Below, in pieces: positions 26,244 through 39,780 of a stretch of DNA of 64,000 nt. The stretch spans positions 11,263,859-11,327,858 of the forward strand of contig NC_134036.1 in NCBI RefSeq assembly GCF_964204645.1. The letters run 5' to 3'. Below the pieces are notes generated by a model, which did not search any database, was not told the origin of the DNA, and saw only the letters and a program-made list of their open reading frames with translations. Each line of letters opens with the position of its first letter. Positions within the stretch are counted from its first letter, which is position 1. The position numbers and the translations under genes were made by a program. Origin of the DNA: Tubulanus polymorphus. Lineage: Eukaryota; Animalia; Nemertea.

Positions 26244-26737
26244 TAATGTCTATTTCAACCTGACTTGAGAGCATTCCGGGTGGCCTAGCTCACTCAGTTT
26301 TGGTAGTACATACCTGATAGATGTCTTATTAGAACCAGAAAGGACTGGCAGTCGACTTAAAATATCGTTTTTAATCCATTTGAAACCATTGATATCCAAA
26401 AAGTCTTCACTGAAAGGGGTTAAATGAAGAGAAGTGACTCCATGATTTGAAAGTTTAACACTATGTTTCCATGCCCACGTACCAAACTTCAGTTGGTAGG
26501 CATGGAGACATATTGTTAAACTTTCAAATCATGGAGTCTCTTTTCTCTCAGGAACCCCACTCAATACAGATTTTTTGGATATCCTTAAATACAGTTTAAA
26601 GTGAAATAAAAAATGATATTTTAGGTCAGCTGCCAATGCATTCTGTTCCTAATAAGACTTTTATCAAGTATGTACTACCAAAACTGACTGAGCTAGGCCA
26701 CCAGATATGATCTCAAGTCAGGTTGAAATAGACATTA
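26244..26737. mobile_element. Fully palindromic MITE (about 490 bp) bounded by TA
   Basis: TAATGTCTATTTCAACCTGACTTGAGA...TCTCAAGTCAGGTTGAAATAGACATTA, arms pair to the centre near 26490. Confidence 0.85.
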
Positions 26738-27272
26738 CGCCTATACATAAATTCGGAACTTCCGAAATTACGTGAACGAGCCAGAATAACCGGGTATACG
26801 ATTTCCGAAATTATGTGTATGCAAGCGAGTTTCTAAAAATCGTTGATATTTCATCAACGATCGTTTTTCAATAGCGAATGAATGTGTATAAGCAAACTTT
26901 TTACTTGCTAGAACTTCGCGTATTTCCGTGAAATTCCCAGGAAATACCAACCTACCTCCCCTTTTTCAAATTTAAGCTAGTCCGAATAAGTATTTCCCTT
27001 CACGACCGCGGAGAGGCTGTAGAAAAAAACTTCCGAAATTACTGAAGACTGAGGGCGCTCATTTCCGGATACACGTCGTGGGGGTTAGCCTGATATAGGC
27101 CTACTCATAGGCCTATCATATGCCATCCCACTGGCTTTTAACAAGGCGTAGGGCCAATAGGCCTGGGCTACGGCTTGTTTGTAGCCAGCCTTGGTAACCT
27201 TGGCAACCCCAGGCACCGAGTTCACCGGCAGCAGTAGTAAGGAAATCGATTCAGTTCATGTCACTCTTTATC

Positions 27273-28088
27273 CACAGGGGTTTGGCGATGGGCTTGGATT
27301 TTATTTCCGGGTTGTTGATAATCTCGCGAGAATGGCGCTAAATATGAACTGCGAATAAATTAAAAATATCACGGAAATACCTTGTGTTTATATTGTTTAT
27401 TTATCCGCTATAAAGTTCCGATACAAAAATTGGTCGTCGAGGATCATTATCGGACGGTCGTGACGCTCTATATAAAATCACAAGGGATGCAACGCCAGAG
27501 GCGTTTTAACGAGCATCCGATTTTTGCGATCGATCGTAGTGTAGTTTTTACTGTAGTATGTCACTGCCTTGTAGGCATATTTTAGCCTGTCGTTCTTACG
27601 TTAAGCTGAATGTCTTTGACGAAACTCTTTGTGCAATTCGATGGACTAAGAACTTTTATCGAGAAAACCATAGGGTTTTCCTCACAGGGGTTTGACGATG
27701 GGTTTGGATTTTATTTCCGGGTTGTTGACAATCTCGCGAGGATGGCGCTAAATATGAACTGCGAATAAATTCAAAATATCACGGAAATACCTTGTGTTTA
27801 TATTATCCGCTATAAAGTTTCGATAAACAATTGGTCGTTAAGAATATTATCAGACGGTCGTCACGCTACTATATAAAGTGATTTTATATAGTAAAGCGTG
27901 ACGACCGTCTGATAATGATTCTTAACGACCAATTGTTTATCAGAACTTTATAGCGGATAAATAAACAATATAAACACAAGGTATTTCCGTGATATTTTTA
28001 ATTTATTCGCAGTTCATATTAAGCGCCATTCTCGCGAGATTATCAACAACCCGGAAATTAAATCCAAGCCCATCGCCAAACCCCTGTG
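27273..28088. mobile_element. Foldback element with 8-bp TSD (P/Galileo- or hAT-like), containing three TIR copies
   Basis: TSD TCTTTATC at 27265-27272 and 28089-28096. About 200-bp arm CACAGGGGTTTG... at 27273 and 27683, inverted at 27878-28088. Confidence 0.88.
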
Positions 28089-28842
28089 TCTTTATCTGCA
28101 GAATCGAGGTCACCTTGTCTAGACACGTGTGAACAAAGCCGTGTACGCTCAATACACGGCAGATTAGAGTGCTGTAGCCTAAACTAACGTTAGACTTTTT
28201 TACTTAAGGGACCCCAGAATTTCAAAAGCATGTGAAACCATTGGGCACATTCTATTTTCGCCCAAAGGAGATCATTTAAGACGGTCTGACAACCAGAAAA
28301 ACATTAGTTTCAAAATTAATTCATCACAATCTGACGGTTTGAAATTAAATTAATTGGCAGGGATTAAGGAGGATCGGTTCAAAAACGGCCCAGGAACCAT
28401 AAAATTGAAGTAAGTGCTTACCAGATTCAGCTGGGTGTGCAGTAGCCTAAGTAGTCAGTCACGACGCCATACGTCGCACATGACATGACATGACATGACA
28501 TGACTTTAGACTAGTTAACTCAATTTTTCCACTTCCACCTTACTCCCGCATCAAAACAAATAGATTTAATTCCGATTGCGGTATGTTAGTCTTGGATTAA
28601 TGTCATCTTTCGTACGAATTCCAACCGCAACCACTACACTGCCTCACACGCCGAACCGAATTCAACAACTGCGGCTCGCTAACACGCCGTGTGCCAAATA
28701 TGGATGTAACGTCGTGCAACTTCCAGAGGCTGGATAGAGATGGCGCTATGTGTCGGTTCGTACCGGTAGTAGCTAGAAAATGTTTGTAATGTTGATTCCC
28801 TGTATGCGTTGGTGATTATTAATGGGTGTCAGACAACAAACC

Positions 28843-29111
28843 CATGTGAAGCTGGCTCCCGGTTCGGAATCGGGAACCCGAACCGGGAGCCGGCTACTGG
28901 TTTGGCTACCGATTCAGGTTTTGAATCGGGAGCCGAATCGGGAACCGGGAGCCGGCTACTGGTTCGGCTACCGATTCAAAATTAAGACGTCGCGATTAGC
29001 CTGGTGGCCGAGCTCAGGTTGCACTCATTTCAGCAGAAATAGTTACGTAATTATGTTTACCTGCTGTCCGCAATAGAGTCGAATCGAATAAGTAGCCAGC
29101 TTCACATTTTG
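28843..29111. repeat. MITE-like repeat cluster
   Basis: ATGTGAAGCTGGCT...AGCCAGCTTCACAT inverted pair with an internally duplicated GAACCGGGAGCCGGCTACTGGTT. GAATAAGTAGCCAGCTTCACATTTTG recurs at 29846. Confidence 0.5.
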
Positions 29112-29889
29112 CAATTGAGACGTCTAAACAACCATCTTACTCTGCGCAAATGTTAGTGGTCTCACTGTTTTACCATGCAACCGTGGTAAGTATTGGATTA
29201 GAATTTATGTGCGCTCTCATTTCCAGCCATTTTTGGTTTAGGGATGAGAAAAATGTTCTTTTATGTTTTCTATGGAATTTGATAGATAGGAAAATATTAA
29301 GTTTAATATTTGAATATTGAAGTGATTTTTCTTTTTTTTCATCTTTGACGATGGATTTACCCGGCTTTATACGGCGGGCAGAAAGCGTCTGTTTATTTTA
29401 TATCTTACAATTTCATGGGCTTGCAGATATTGTTTCCTTGGGGATTCGATAACTTTCGTTAGAAACTTTCTCTCTTGTTAACCCATTCAGTGCTGACTAA
29501 TTAATACACTATAGCTCGGGAACAATCGATGGTTTATTGATTAAGTGGTTAAAGAGGCGAATAACATATGAAGAAGTCGATTCGGTGACGAGAAAAACGA
29601 CCGAGCAATACACACGTTCTTAAGCCGGGTTATGTTATTAATAGACGCAGCTTACTGACGTATAGCTCCATACAGCTGACCGCTCGCGCGGTCGCATACG
29701 CAATCGTGTTTAGACGTCTGGATTGGCTCGCGCCATCACTTGGCGATTTGTTGTCAAGGTCGAGGTCGAGTTTGTTTATCAGCAGAGTAGACATAGTTAC
29801 GTAAATGTCTGGACTACGGCATAGTGTATACCAGCGCAACCTGGCGAATAAGTAGCCAGCTTCACATTTTGAATCGGGAGCCGAACCGG

Positions 29890-30135
29890 TAGCCTTGCCA
29901 AAAGTCGGGCGGGAGAGTTGGCATTCTAGGAATGCCGATCTTTCTATAAAAGGGGCCCGCAGTCGTGGGAGAGCAGACACTCGATAGAAACTCGATAGAT
30001 ACTTTAAATAGAAGCTTGTTTCGTTCTTGATCCAGGACAGTTACCAGCAGCAGGAAAGTACAATAGGAACTTAGAGTTAGGAACTGGACTGTGTTTTAAC
30101 TGGAAAGCTTAGATTAATAATCATGGTAAATAAAA
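29890..30135 (+). mobile_element. Probable LTR fragment cut by foldback copy 2
   Basis: CTATAAAAGGGG TATA box at about 29944 and AATAAA at about 30129. No TG..CA termini or partner LTR seen. Confidence 0.35.
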
Positions 30136-32863
30136 CAGTTCCTGAACTTCGCTGAAAAAGCTGAAAAAGCTGAAACACTGAAAAGCTGAAACGCTGAAGT
30201 TTCAGGGAATTTCCGAAAAACGCCGAAATTTCAGGGAATTCCCGAAAAACGCTGAAATCGTGCTAGGTACCGACAATAAACGTTTTGAAATGTTTACCGG
30301 GCCGGTGTCCGCTGACGAGTCCTGAACCGTGTTTTATGCTCTAGCTTCGGTTACAGAGACATGCCTTAAGGTCGTCGTCATGATCGACTTGATCGATTGC
30401 GGATTGCGTGGATTGTTAGATGTGTTTTTTGCCATAGTTTTATGTGCATATACCGGTACGATCTAACAATGAAGTTATCACTTCATTTGAATGAATTCTT
30501 AATTACAGTAATATTAATTCACAATATTTTTTCTTATGTTTGGTGATTTCTTGCAACTTATCATTGCCAAGTCTTATACAAGTAGTAGCTGAATGAAAGT
30601 ACAGTTAGGCTGAACCTGATAACCCAAATTAAGTGCTAGCATGGAACTAAAGATTATTTTGATTCTATTTTCGGTGTCATTGAAATTCGTTAATAAAGGT
30701 TCAACCGTCATAGTATACTGTACTTAGCATTGCTACGATTGGGTGCCATATTTCTACCATTTCTACAAGGAGGAAGGAGTCTTTAAGTGTCTTTGTTCCC
30801 TGGTAGGGTACGGGGTAAAACCTGGTTTACTTTCTCTTTCGACTTGCCGGAGACTACTATCTGCAATGTATTGCATGCTTTGATTTGTCTGGCCTATAGG
30901 AGTCGAACGATATTTTCCCATACACAGGCTTGGCTTTAGTGTAGATGAAGGCTAGGCACTGCACATTGTGGATTGACTGGAACTCTTAACTCACAAAATT
31001 AAACGAGTCAACAAGAAAGATCCAATAATTGGCCGTTTGGGTAACTATATTATTTAACAGCTTGAAATAATACATAACACATCCTGCAAGAGTACACAAA
31101 GGAAATCAGTTCTTACATTATATCAGAATCAATAGTTCGCTTAACTCTTAGAATTCTGGTTCCATTGCTTCATATTCTAATGAAATCCACTAGCATACCT
31201 TAGAATATCGCTTAAGACTAAAATTTGGTACCAGGAAACAGGGAAGAAAAAGTGGGTGTACTGCACATCCGCAATTGACTTATTTCTCTCTGGTTGAATC
31301 AAGTTATTATTGAAATAGCATTCGAATAGCCATTTTATTTTTAAAAATTGTGTCGTTCAGCTATCCTGCTGCAAATTTCGCAGTTGAAGTTTACTGGTGC
31401 CAGTTGATTTCTCAGTATCTCAAAAATTTGCACATTCTAAAGCCTAGCGCACATCGACACTGCGATTGGAGACAACTAGTTGCAAGGCAGTTTTCGGCGC
31501 ATGAGAGGAACTGGCTGGATACGATCAGTTGCTTGAATGTGTCGATGTGAGCGAGCTTACGATTGGAAAGCGTCGATCTATCTCCAGTTTCAGCCAGTTG
31601 CCCATGTTCTACTTTTGAGCAACTGGTTGTACTCAATCGCAGTCATATCCGTCGATGTGCGCGCTCTGGATCTCGACGATCGACACGCGCCATGCAGTTG
31701 CTGCAACTGACCGGTTGTAACTAGATTTCGATGTGCGCGGGGTAATCGTTCGGTAGCAACTAGTTGTCTCCAATCGCAGTGTCGATGTGCGCTAGGCTTA
31801 AGCCTGAATCTAAAAATAGAAAAAGGTGCATTTTAGTAGGATATAAAAGAATAGTGGCTTATACACCCTGGACTATATAGCCTATGGGTTGGGCCTAGTT
31901 TGAAAGCACTGAGGTCCGAGGGAACAGCACTTAGTAAATAAATACTGAAATTAAACTTACAAAACACCCAGTACTTGAGATGATGTACTTGACAAGAAGT
32001 GTGTCCAGCTAAGCAAATCAACTTTGTCTATGACTCCTCCTTTTATAGATTCAGTAGTAGCCTAAAAATAAGAATCGGTACATTTTTCTAACAGTTGGTA
32101 TGTTATTTCTTCAGAAAAAAACTAATTATTATCACGCCACAGCAAATAAATTATTCACAGTTGTTGAATGGTTTGCCCGATTTAGATTAATTGGTTGACG
32201 CTAATCAGTATGACCCATACGTAGGGGCCTACTGCATGCCATTGGCGTCAATCCATTCCATTCCATTCCACAGTGAATTAAAAAGAAATTTAGTTAGATC
32301 CCTTTTGTCCAAAAGCTGCATCATTTATATAACTAGCTGTCAAATTTAATTTACCTCCTTCAGAGAATACCATAGTGACATGGGCATGTCCGTCGCCCAT
32401 CAACGTGTTGACAAAAGAAAAGTTGCTGCATGTTTTATACATGAACGTTCAAATAAGATATTTTGCGTCTTGCAGGGAATAATGAGCATAGTGTTTAAGT
32501 TGGCTTGCACGGTTTGTGAATGGGTTTTCCTCATTATGCTACCTGTATGCATTAAAAATCCGGATTTCAAGCGAATTAATTTGTCCAACAAGTGGCCCTC
32601 TAGAAGTATACTCCACACATACTGTCCATGCATGTCTCTGTAACCGAAGGTAGAGACTAAAACACGGTTCAGGACTCGTCAGCGGACACCGGCCCGGAAA
32701 TTATTTCAAAACGTGTATTGTCGGTACCTAGCACGATTTCAGCGTTTTTCGGGAATTCCCTGAAATTTCGGCGTTTTTCGGAAATTCCCTGAAATTTCAG
32801 CGTTTTTATTTCAGCGTTTCAGCGTTTCAGTGATTCAGCTTTTTCAGCGAAGTTCAGGAACCG
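30136..32863. mobile_element. Non-autonomous Mutator-like foldback element, copy 2
   Basis: Colinear and highly similar to 5341-7710, same orientation. Carries a nested MITE. Flanks do not form a TSD. Confidence 0.92.
31441..31798. mobile_element. PIF/Harbinger (Tourist-like) MITE
   Basis: Perfect 43-bp TIRs (AGCCTAGCGCACATCGACACTGCGATTGGAGACAACTAGTTGC), TAA TSD at 31438-31440 and 31799-31801. Empty site TCTAAGCCTG is present in copy 1 at 6651. Confidence 0.95.
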
Positions 32864-33522
32864 TCTATAGTCTATTAATCAAGGGGTTTTGCAGATGAGG
32901 TTCCTACAATTACTTAACGCTCTATTCAGGTCTATTTCGACCATGAACCCAAATCCTTTATTTGACACTGGCTCCAGTTCCATAACTGCAGCGAGTGGTT
33001 AAATATGAAGCTTTCTAATCGATAGATTACATTTACTTGGAATATTATCAGCTGTCGTTTTAAACGTTATCATAACGAATAATGAAAATGTACGGCGTTT
33101 GCTTTTCTGTTCACGATGATTATTTTTCGGCTGCAAATTTCAGTAACTCGAACCTATTACTGCAACAGGTGGTTAAACATGACGCGTTCAATCCGACAGT
33201 ATAGATCATAATTGTTAGGATTAATGTCAGCTGTGAATACGGTGAATACGGTAATACATAACATACATATGTATTCCAGGCACATGTTGCTCTTAAGAAA
33301 CAAAGGGCGCCAAAACACAAACGTCTTTACATCGACAATAGACGCCTAATTAGTTTTTCTTTTGGTAAATAAGAGCACATTTAGATTGATTTCTCGCATG
33401 TGAAGTGAGGTTTTATCACATCAAACGTATGGCGAGGATATCATATTCAAAGGATCAATAATGGTATAACGTATAGTGATGAAGCGCAGTGATGAAAAAT
33501 CGGTACTCAGATCTAAATTTTG

Positions 33523-33524
<2 letters not shown>

Positions 33525-33556
<32 letters not shown>
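33525..33556. repeat. (TA)n microsatellite
   Basis: Directly visible. Confidence 0.9.
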
Positions 33557-33558
<2 letters not shown>

Positions 33559-34343
33559 GTAATCAAAGGCAGGTAAAAGAACTATAATTATACAATTCGT
33601 ATGAGTCAAGTAGTAACCATTTTAGAGGAAAATGAGAACAGTTTGACTAGTTTCTAGTCAATTTCGTACCTTGTAACTCTTTATTTAATATCTACTACAC
33701 TTATCGTTTGAATTCGTTAAGCATTACACACGGTTATTGACTGTAAATATAATACAAGAAAGACGATATACTTTTACACGGACAGCAGCAATCTCAAATT
33801 ATCTTTTCACTTCGTCATAGATCGGGCATCCAATGTCGCAGCCACCAATGTCAATATTGTCTATATTTCATAAACCAGGAAACATTCAATAGCAATCTAA
33901 AAGTAGTTCCTCATTCAAGTAGGAATAAAAGTAGGAAAACATTTCACAATAATAACATTTCATACGCGTGTAAACTTACATTTATTCATCTTTATTTCTA
34001 CCCTTGTTAAATAGGTGATTCAATTGTTCGTGTTTAAGTTCTTTCTTCATATCCTTTATTAATTTTAAACCTGTTGTTTTACAACTTGGTTTATTTGGTT
34101 TGAAGCGACTTATCTGCGGCACCGTGTCAATGTTGTGAAATGCGAAATGTCGTAAATGTGGAAAGCAGACTTTGATGTCGCTCCAAACTGGTGTAGCGCG
34201 AAGCGATCCCAACTGCATGACAGAGGATACATTATGTAGAGAGAATCCCACAATGGTTATTAAAACAAATCCTAGAATGATATAGAATCCTAGCTAGTAG
34301 TTCATTCGACATTTCGACTATATCCTAATAATAATCTTCGGGA

Positions 34344-35274
34344 ATGCTCAGTTCATTATTATTCATTATTATTGTGGAATTCTATCTACATATCGTCTCA
34401 ACGCGAGTATAGTGAATATCAACTGAGGATCCTAAGTCCAAAACATAGTTCGTTTGATAACATAATTATAAAAATAAGTAGCTATTGTTCAATATATTTA
34501 AAAGAATCCTGAAAGTTCTCAATAATTCCCATTTCCTTATAACTCTCACTTTCAAAAATACTATGTAAGAAATAATAATTTTTGAAGAATTTATATGTTT
34601 TAATATTTGCCATGTTTTTTTCAAGGAGCTTTTTGAAAAGAAATGGCTGTTGTGCAGCGATATTTTCTTTTTTTTCTTGACGCTAGGCGTTTACTTTCTC
34701 ACCAGGATGTCGGACTTACGTCGGATGTTTCATAGACTGTGCTAGCAGAGATCTGACAATGTATGCCGCAGGTAGAAACAGTAACCGTACTATCGGGCAA
34801 TGCATCGCTATTTGTAAGGACAAAGGTAAGGATACTCGCAGTTTTTCTTGACTACGGACCTCTGTAAGATTTTCAGGGTGCCATCGAAATCTTCTTATAA
34901 TATATCATTCATGAGTGTGTGCGTTTCTGTGTTAAACGCTGAGAAAAAATAAATTTACTGACGTTCTGAATAACAATGTTTGGCACCAGTTTTTCTAGAC
35001 TCCCAGCGTGTTGATGATTCCCGTGGAGATATCGGGACTCCTACAAGGGCATAATCTACCGAACTTCTACTTTCTGTGACAATTTGATTTCTATTCAGGA
35101 TCTAAATTTGCTGGACTTCAATATGGATCAGAATGTTTTAGTGGTAACCGTGTCGGCAAGTATGGTCCAGCGCCGGAATTTGAATGTAACATGCACTGCG
35201 CAGGAAACCCAACAGTAAACTGTGGCAGCGTATGGAGGAATTCCGTATACGTTACTTTTAAAAAGTATACATAG
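34344..35274 (+). CDS. Small secreted single-WSC-domain protein
   Basis: Exons 34687-34825 and 35099-35274 join in phase: [14 protein letters not shown]...[28 protein letters not shown]...[29 protein letters not shown] at about 35322. Candidate hydrophobic leader exon [21 protein letters not shown] from 34344 has a weak donor and is less certain. Confidence 0.85.
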
Positions 35275-36371
35275 ACACATTCAATGTTCATTTATTTGTG
35301 GCGTCAAATAGAATTCAGTAAAATAAATTCTTGTTAATCAACTTAAATGACTTTTCAAAATTTACGCCCCTGGTGGACAGAATAGGAACTAATTACGTGA
35401 GGGGTTCGTTGTATCTCATATCAAGGTTCATATGTATCCATTTTCATAGAAACCCCTTTATCCGCTTTGTAGATATCAATTAAAATGCATTTCCAGTAAC
35501 CTGTAGGTGTTGCTTCTGGAGACAGATATGAGTTACACACTTAAACCACACATCAATACAAGTGTCTTATTAACGACTAATATCAACACATTGCAACCAC
35601 GATTCTGTCGCCTACTGTCGCGAAGTGCGAATATATTTTGATATTATTGATCAATATTATCAACTACGACATTGATTAATTGCAGAGTCATCGATATGTT
35701 TGCTTAATATGTGTTAAATTTTTGGTGTGACATATTTGCTATGGAACACTCTGTATTGTTACCTTAGCCACCGCTGTCATCTAAAGTTAAAATGATGAGA
35801 ATGCTCACTTGCCAGAACCGGGTGTGAAAAGAGTAAATAAAAAGACATGAACATAGGAAAAAACTGGTCGTTAAAGTTATTTCTATGGCCAACCCAAGCG
35901 ACCCACCTTAACCCGTCAAGGGATTCGAACCCACTCCGCTAAAACTGTTCCCCGAACCCCTTGACCTCACTAGTCGCTGGAGTCGTTACTTGCTTACCAG
36001 AATCCGATCGTATCAATCACAGCGCTTGAAACAAACGAAATAAGACTTCTGTTGGTATGCCCGTTAAATGGACCAATCAGCGAACGTTTTACCGAACAAG
36101 GAAGTATTTGATAATATATCGATATACGACGTCATGCGCAACAGCGCCAGCGATGAATTCGAGCATAAACAATTAAACAACCCGATTGTCGATTTATCTA
36201 CTCGTAGTTTTATTGAATTTAATCATGAACACGAGATTTCACGATATCGTTACAAATAGAAAGCGAGCTATTTCATAGTCAGTCGGTAATCTGACAGCGG
36301 GTCAGTTTCGTAATCGGATATTTCCCAAACCACCACAAGTATATCCGATTATAAACCCTTATTACCGACGA

Positions 36372-36676
36372 TTAGCAACATGATAAGCCTTTACAGTTGC
36401 CGCTGCAACACTCACCATCCTGGGCACACATTCCGGCTTTTACTTGGCAACCTATATTTAAAAAACACTATGCAATCAAAAATGGGGTTTTGAAGTAAAT
36501 TTACATTTTATTCCAATTGTTGAAAAATCTAACCCCAACGCAATATTATCTTCGAAGGACCATTCATAAAATTGTGTATTTCATTTTCCCAGTCATTACT
36601 CACCTTCTGCAAATGACGCGACACTGACCAAGATCACAACAACAGCACATACACGACTTATTAGATAAGCGAGCAT
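36372..36676 (-). CDS. Secreted inhibitor-cystine-knot peptide precursor, paralog 1 (50 aa)
   Basis: Exons 36676-36604 and 36451-36372 with a phase-1 GTGAGT..TATAG intron give MLAYLISRVCAVVVILVSVASFAEG-CQVKAGMCAQDGECCSGNCKGLSCC*. Probable 5' UTR exon near 37234-37310 (donor GTAAGT). Confidence 0.88.
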
Positions 36677-37600
36677 TTTCAAATTTGCCTAGAATTTGAA
36701 TTGAATATATGACAAGTTGGCATGTAAGGAAATCCCATAGTCTGGTCATTCAATAGCTCTCAATTGGCGCTCAGCGATTGTCGGGTAACGATATTTCCAT
36801 TTTATCCCAATTATCGTTTAGGCTACAAAGACAGGCGTAATTGACAAAGTAAGCGCTCCAGAATATATAATTTAATAGATATGTCCCCAGGACGCTTCCG
36901 TATAATCTGTTTGAAATGCACAGAAGTATGAAAGATGTTACTGAGGGTCTTACTCTTCTTGATTACTGATTAATTCGAAAAATATTTTGATGAAATGTCG
37001 CGTTAAATTCAATTGATTACTGATAACACTTTCGAAAATTGCAGAAAACGATAAAGAAATTGGTGAAAATAATGATCGATTTGATGCAAATGATAGGAGA
37101 AATGAAGATGATGACTTTTTGCAAATCACGAGTTTGAAGAAAATATTCTAGAAGGCGGAATCTTAGTATTCAAAAAGGTGCCCAAATAAACGTTTAATTG
37201 CGAATAATATATATTTGGCTATCTCATCACTTACCTTGCTCGCTTCTTCCGACGTATTCAACTTTCGAAATGAAAATGTCTCCTTTTCTCGAGTCAGAAC
37301 TTGACGACTAATGAATAAAACGTGTTGCTTGCGATAATATAAACGTTTAGAAGAGAAATTGAAATGATAGCAATGATTGCACAGCTTGATATTGATTGGA
37401 ACTGATAGCGAGGTCTTTTTCAATTTCTATCAATACGCACCTGGCACTTGAATCGATCTACGCTCATCGCAATTTACTCAGGCAAAGTTTAAACTTGTTC
37501 AGTGTCACAGGCAATTATTATATTTATATTTCATGAATTATTGGAAATTTAATTTTTAAATGCCATTTCAAGATTTTCCCTGATGTATTGGTACGTAAAC

Positions 37601-38018
37601 GCCTAGCCTACATCGACATTGCGTTGGTGACAACTAGTTTCAAGCCAGTTTTCGGCACATGAGAGCAACTGGCTGGATACAATAAGTTGCTCGAAGTGTC
37701 GATGTGAGCTAGCATATGACTTGTTAGCATACATCTATCTCCAGTTCCACCCAGTTGCCCATGTTCTACTTTTGAGCAACTAGTTGTACAGTTGTACACA
37801 GCTGCTGTCATATCCGTCGATGTGAGCGCTCTGTAATCAACAACACATGGTTGTAACTGACAAAAACAAAACAATTTGTCACGTGACTTGTGATGCCCTC
37901 GAATAAATTTGCTAAAACACATCTCAGTTGCAGTTGCTGATGTGCGCGCTAAGGACCTAGCGACCGACATGAGCCACGAAGTTGCTGGCTTTCATGAGAT
38001 TTTCGATGTGCGCGGGTA
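37601..38018. mobile_element. Diverged, truncated relative of the 31441-31798 MITE
   Basis: GCCTAGCCTACATCGACATTGCG... aligns with 31442 onward and stops at the EnSpm left TIR. Confidence 0.75.
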
Positions 38019-39780
38019 CCCTCTAAAAACAGGGAACATATTTCGAACTTAATGAACATGCTTACACTAAAAAAACGTGTTCACATCTTGTGAATGTGTT
38101 CTGAGCGCTTCCATACACCGACTCAGAACGCCTGCGGGAAACCCATGAATGAGCCGTGTTCTCAAAATGTCCGATCAGTTACAGAACATCGCTTGAACAT
38201 TTTTCAAAAGTCACGTGATTGTAGGACGCCATTGTGCAGTCGGGAGAACTTTTGCTTTCGTCAGCGAGAATATTTTGGTTAGGGCGGTAAGTTTTGTCTC
38301 TCTGTCATCTTCTCCCCTTGCCTTACGTTAGGCCTATGCTGTGACTTATTTTTTCGCCGGCACGGCAGTAAATGATCCTCGAATCGAGTGAGAATGACAG
38401 GGACTCGACGCTAAAAAATTCCTCCCGGCGGCCTACTAGCGTATAGTTATAGTATAATACTACTTTAGGCTATAGGCTGGAGTCTAGAGGGCCCTACCGT
38501 CACCGCCCACGTAGATGGCCGGGTCCCGCATGGAAATTTTCATTATTTTTCATCTTGTATGTTCTAATATCCAGAAAATGAACATAATGCACCAAACACA
38601 TAAAAGTCATTGATAAAAAGTTTTTTAAAGCAATATTTAATATGTAGATTGGCTTTAGAAGTTTGGATTGCGATGTTTATATCTTGAAATTTAGAGATTA
38701 TTATTGGAATATGAATGCCTTGTCATCTATTTTATTTTGACAACTGAGCTACCACTAGCGCCATCCATCAAACATTAATTGAAGCTGTCATTTTTAAAAT
38801 TCTAGGTAATTAAAGATGTTTAAGGCCCTATTAAGTATCAACTTTTGACTTATGGGGTGGCGGTAAACTGATACCTTACTTCTATAGGCCTTACATTGAT
38901 TTTTGGGTATATTTTTCTTAAACTTATGAACACATAGTCATAGGCCTACCACCTCCTCAGTCTTTTTAATACAACCACAGTTAAACTGTGCAGTCTGAAA
39001 AACCCATCTATTTTCCTAGGCCTAGGCCTAAACCGAAACAATTTGAGTTTAACAAACTGATTTCAAACAAATGCGCCTACCTACATGAAATGGCAAGTTG
39101 GGTAATGTTGAAACATGAACTGTTGGTAATGGTAAATATCAAAATCGGATTCGAACCTAAAGGATATAATATCCAAGAAATGGCATACGCTGCTCTGAAC
39201 CATCGTGGCCAGCTGAGAACCCTTGTGAAATGTAATTGAATCATATTTTGAACCAACCCTTACCCCATTTCTTCACGTTTACAGTATAATAGGTCTATAG
39301 CAGATTGAATAAAGTATTCAACATTGCCTAAATTGCCATGAAATGAGCTTTGCAGTTGTTTGTTTTAAGATTTGAAAGTGGTTTTTAGGATACTTGTATG
39401 CTCAAAATCCATTCGTTTAGACGGTGGACTCCAAATTTCTTGTATCAAGCATGCTCAAAGTGAGAATTCAGTGTCAGAATTTAATAATCATCATTGATAT
39501 TTCAGGTCTTAGGGCTTTGCTCTTATGTTTAAAAACAATAAACTTCTGCGTAGTTACCAATGGGTACAGAAATTCACTTCAAACGATTTTATAAAAGCCT
39601 TAGAGTTTTGTGCATATTTATCTCTTGATGTAACTGACTATTTGTGTCCTAATAGCCATTATGTGATACGTGTGTGGTCATATACAGATCTATGTGTTTT
39701 GATAAACTTTATTACACTCTTGAGATGTGAATATCAGATTAGAAACAAAGCCTAAAGTGGTAAGTTTAACATTCCATAAA

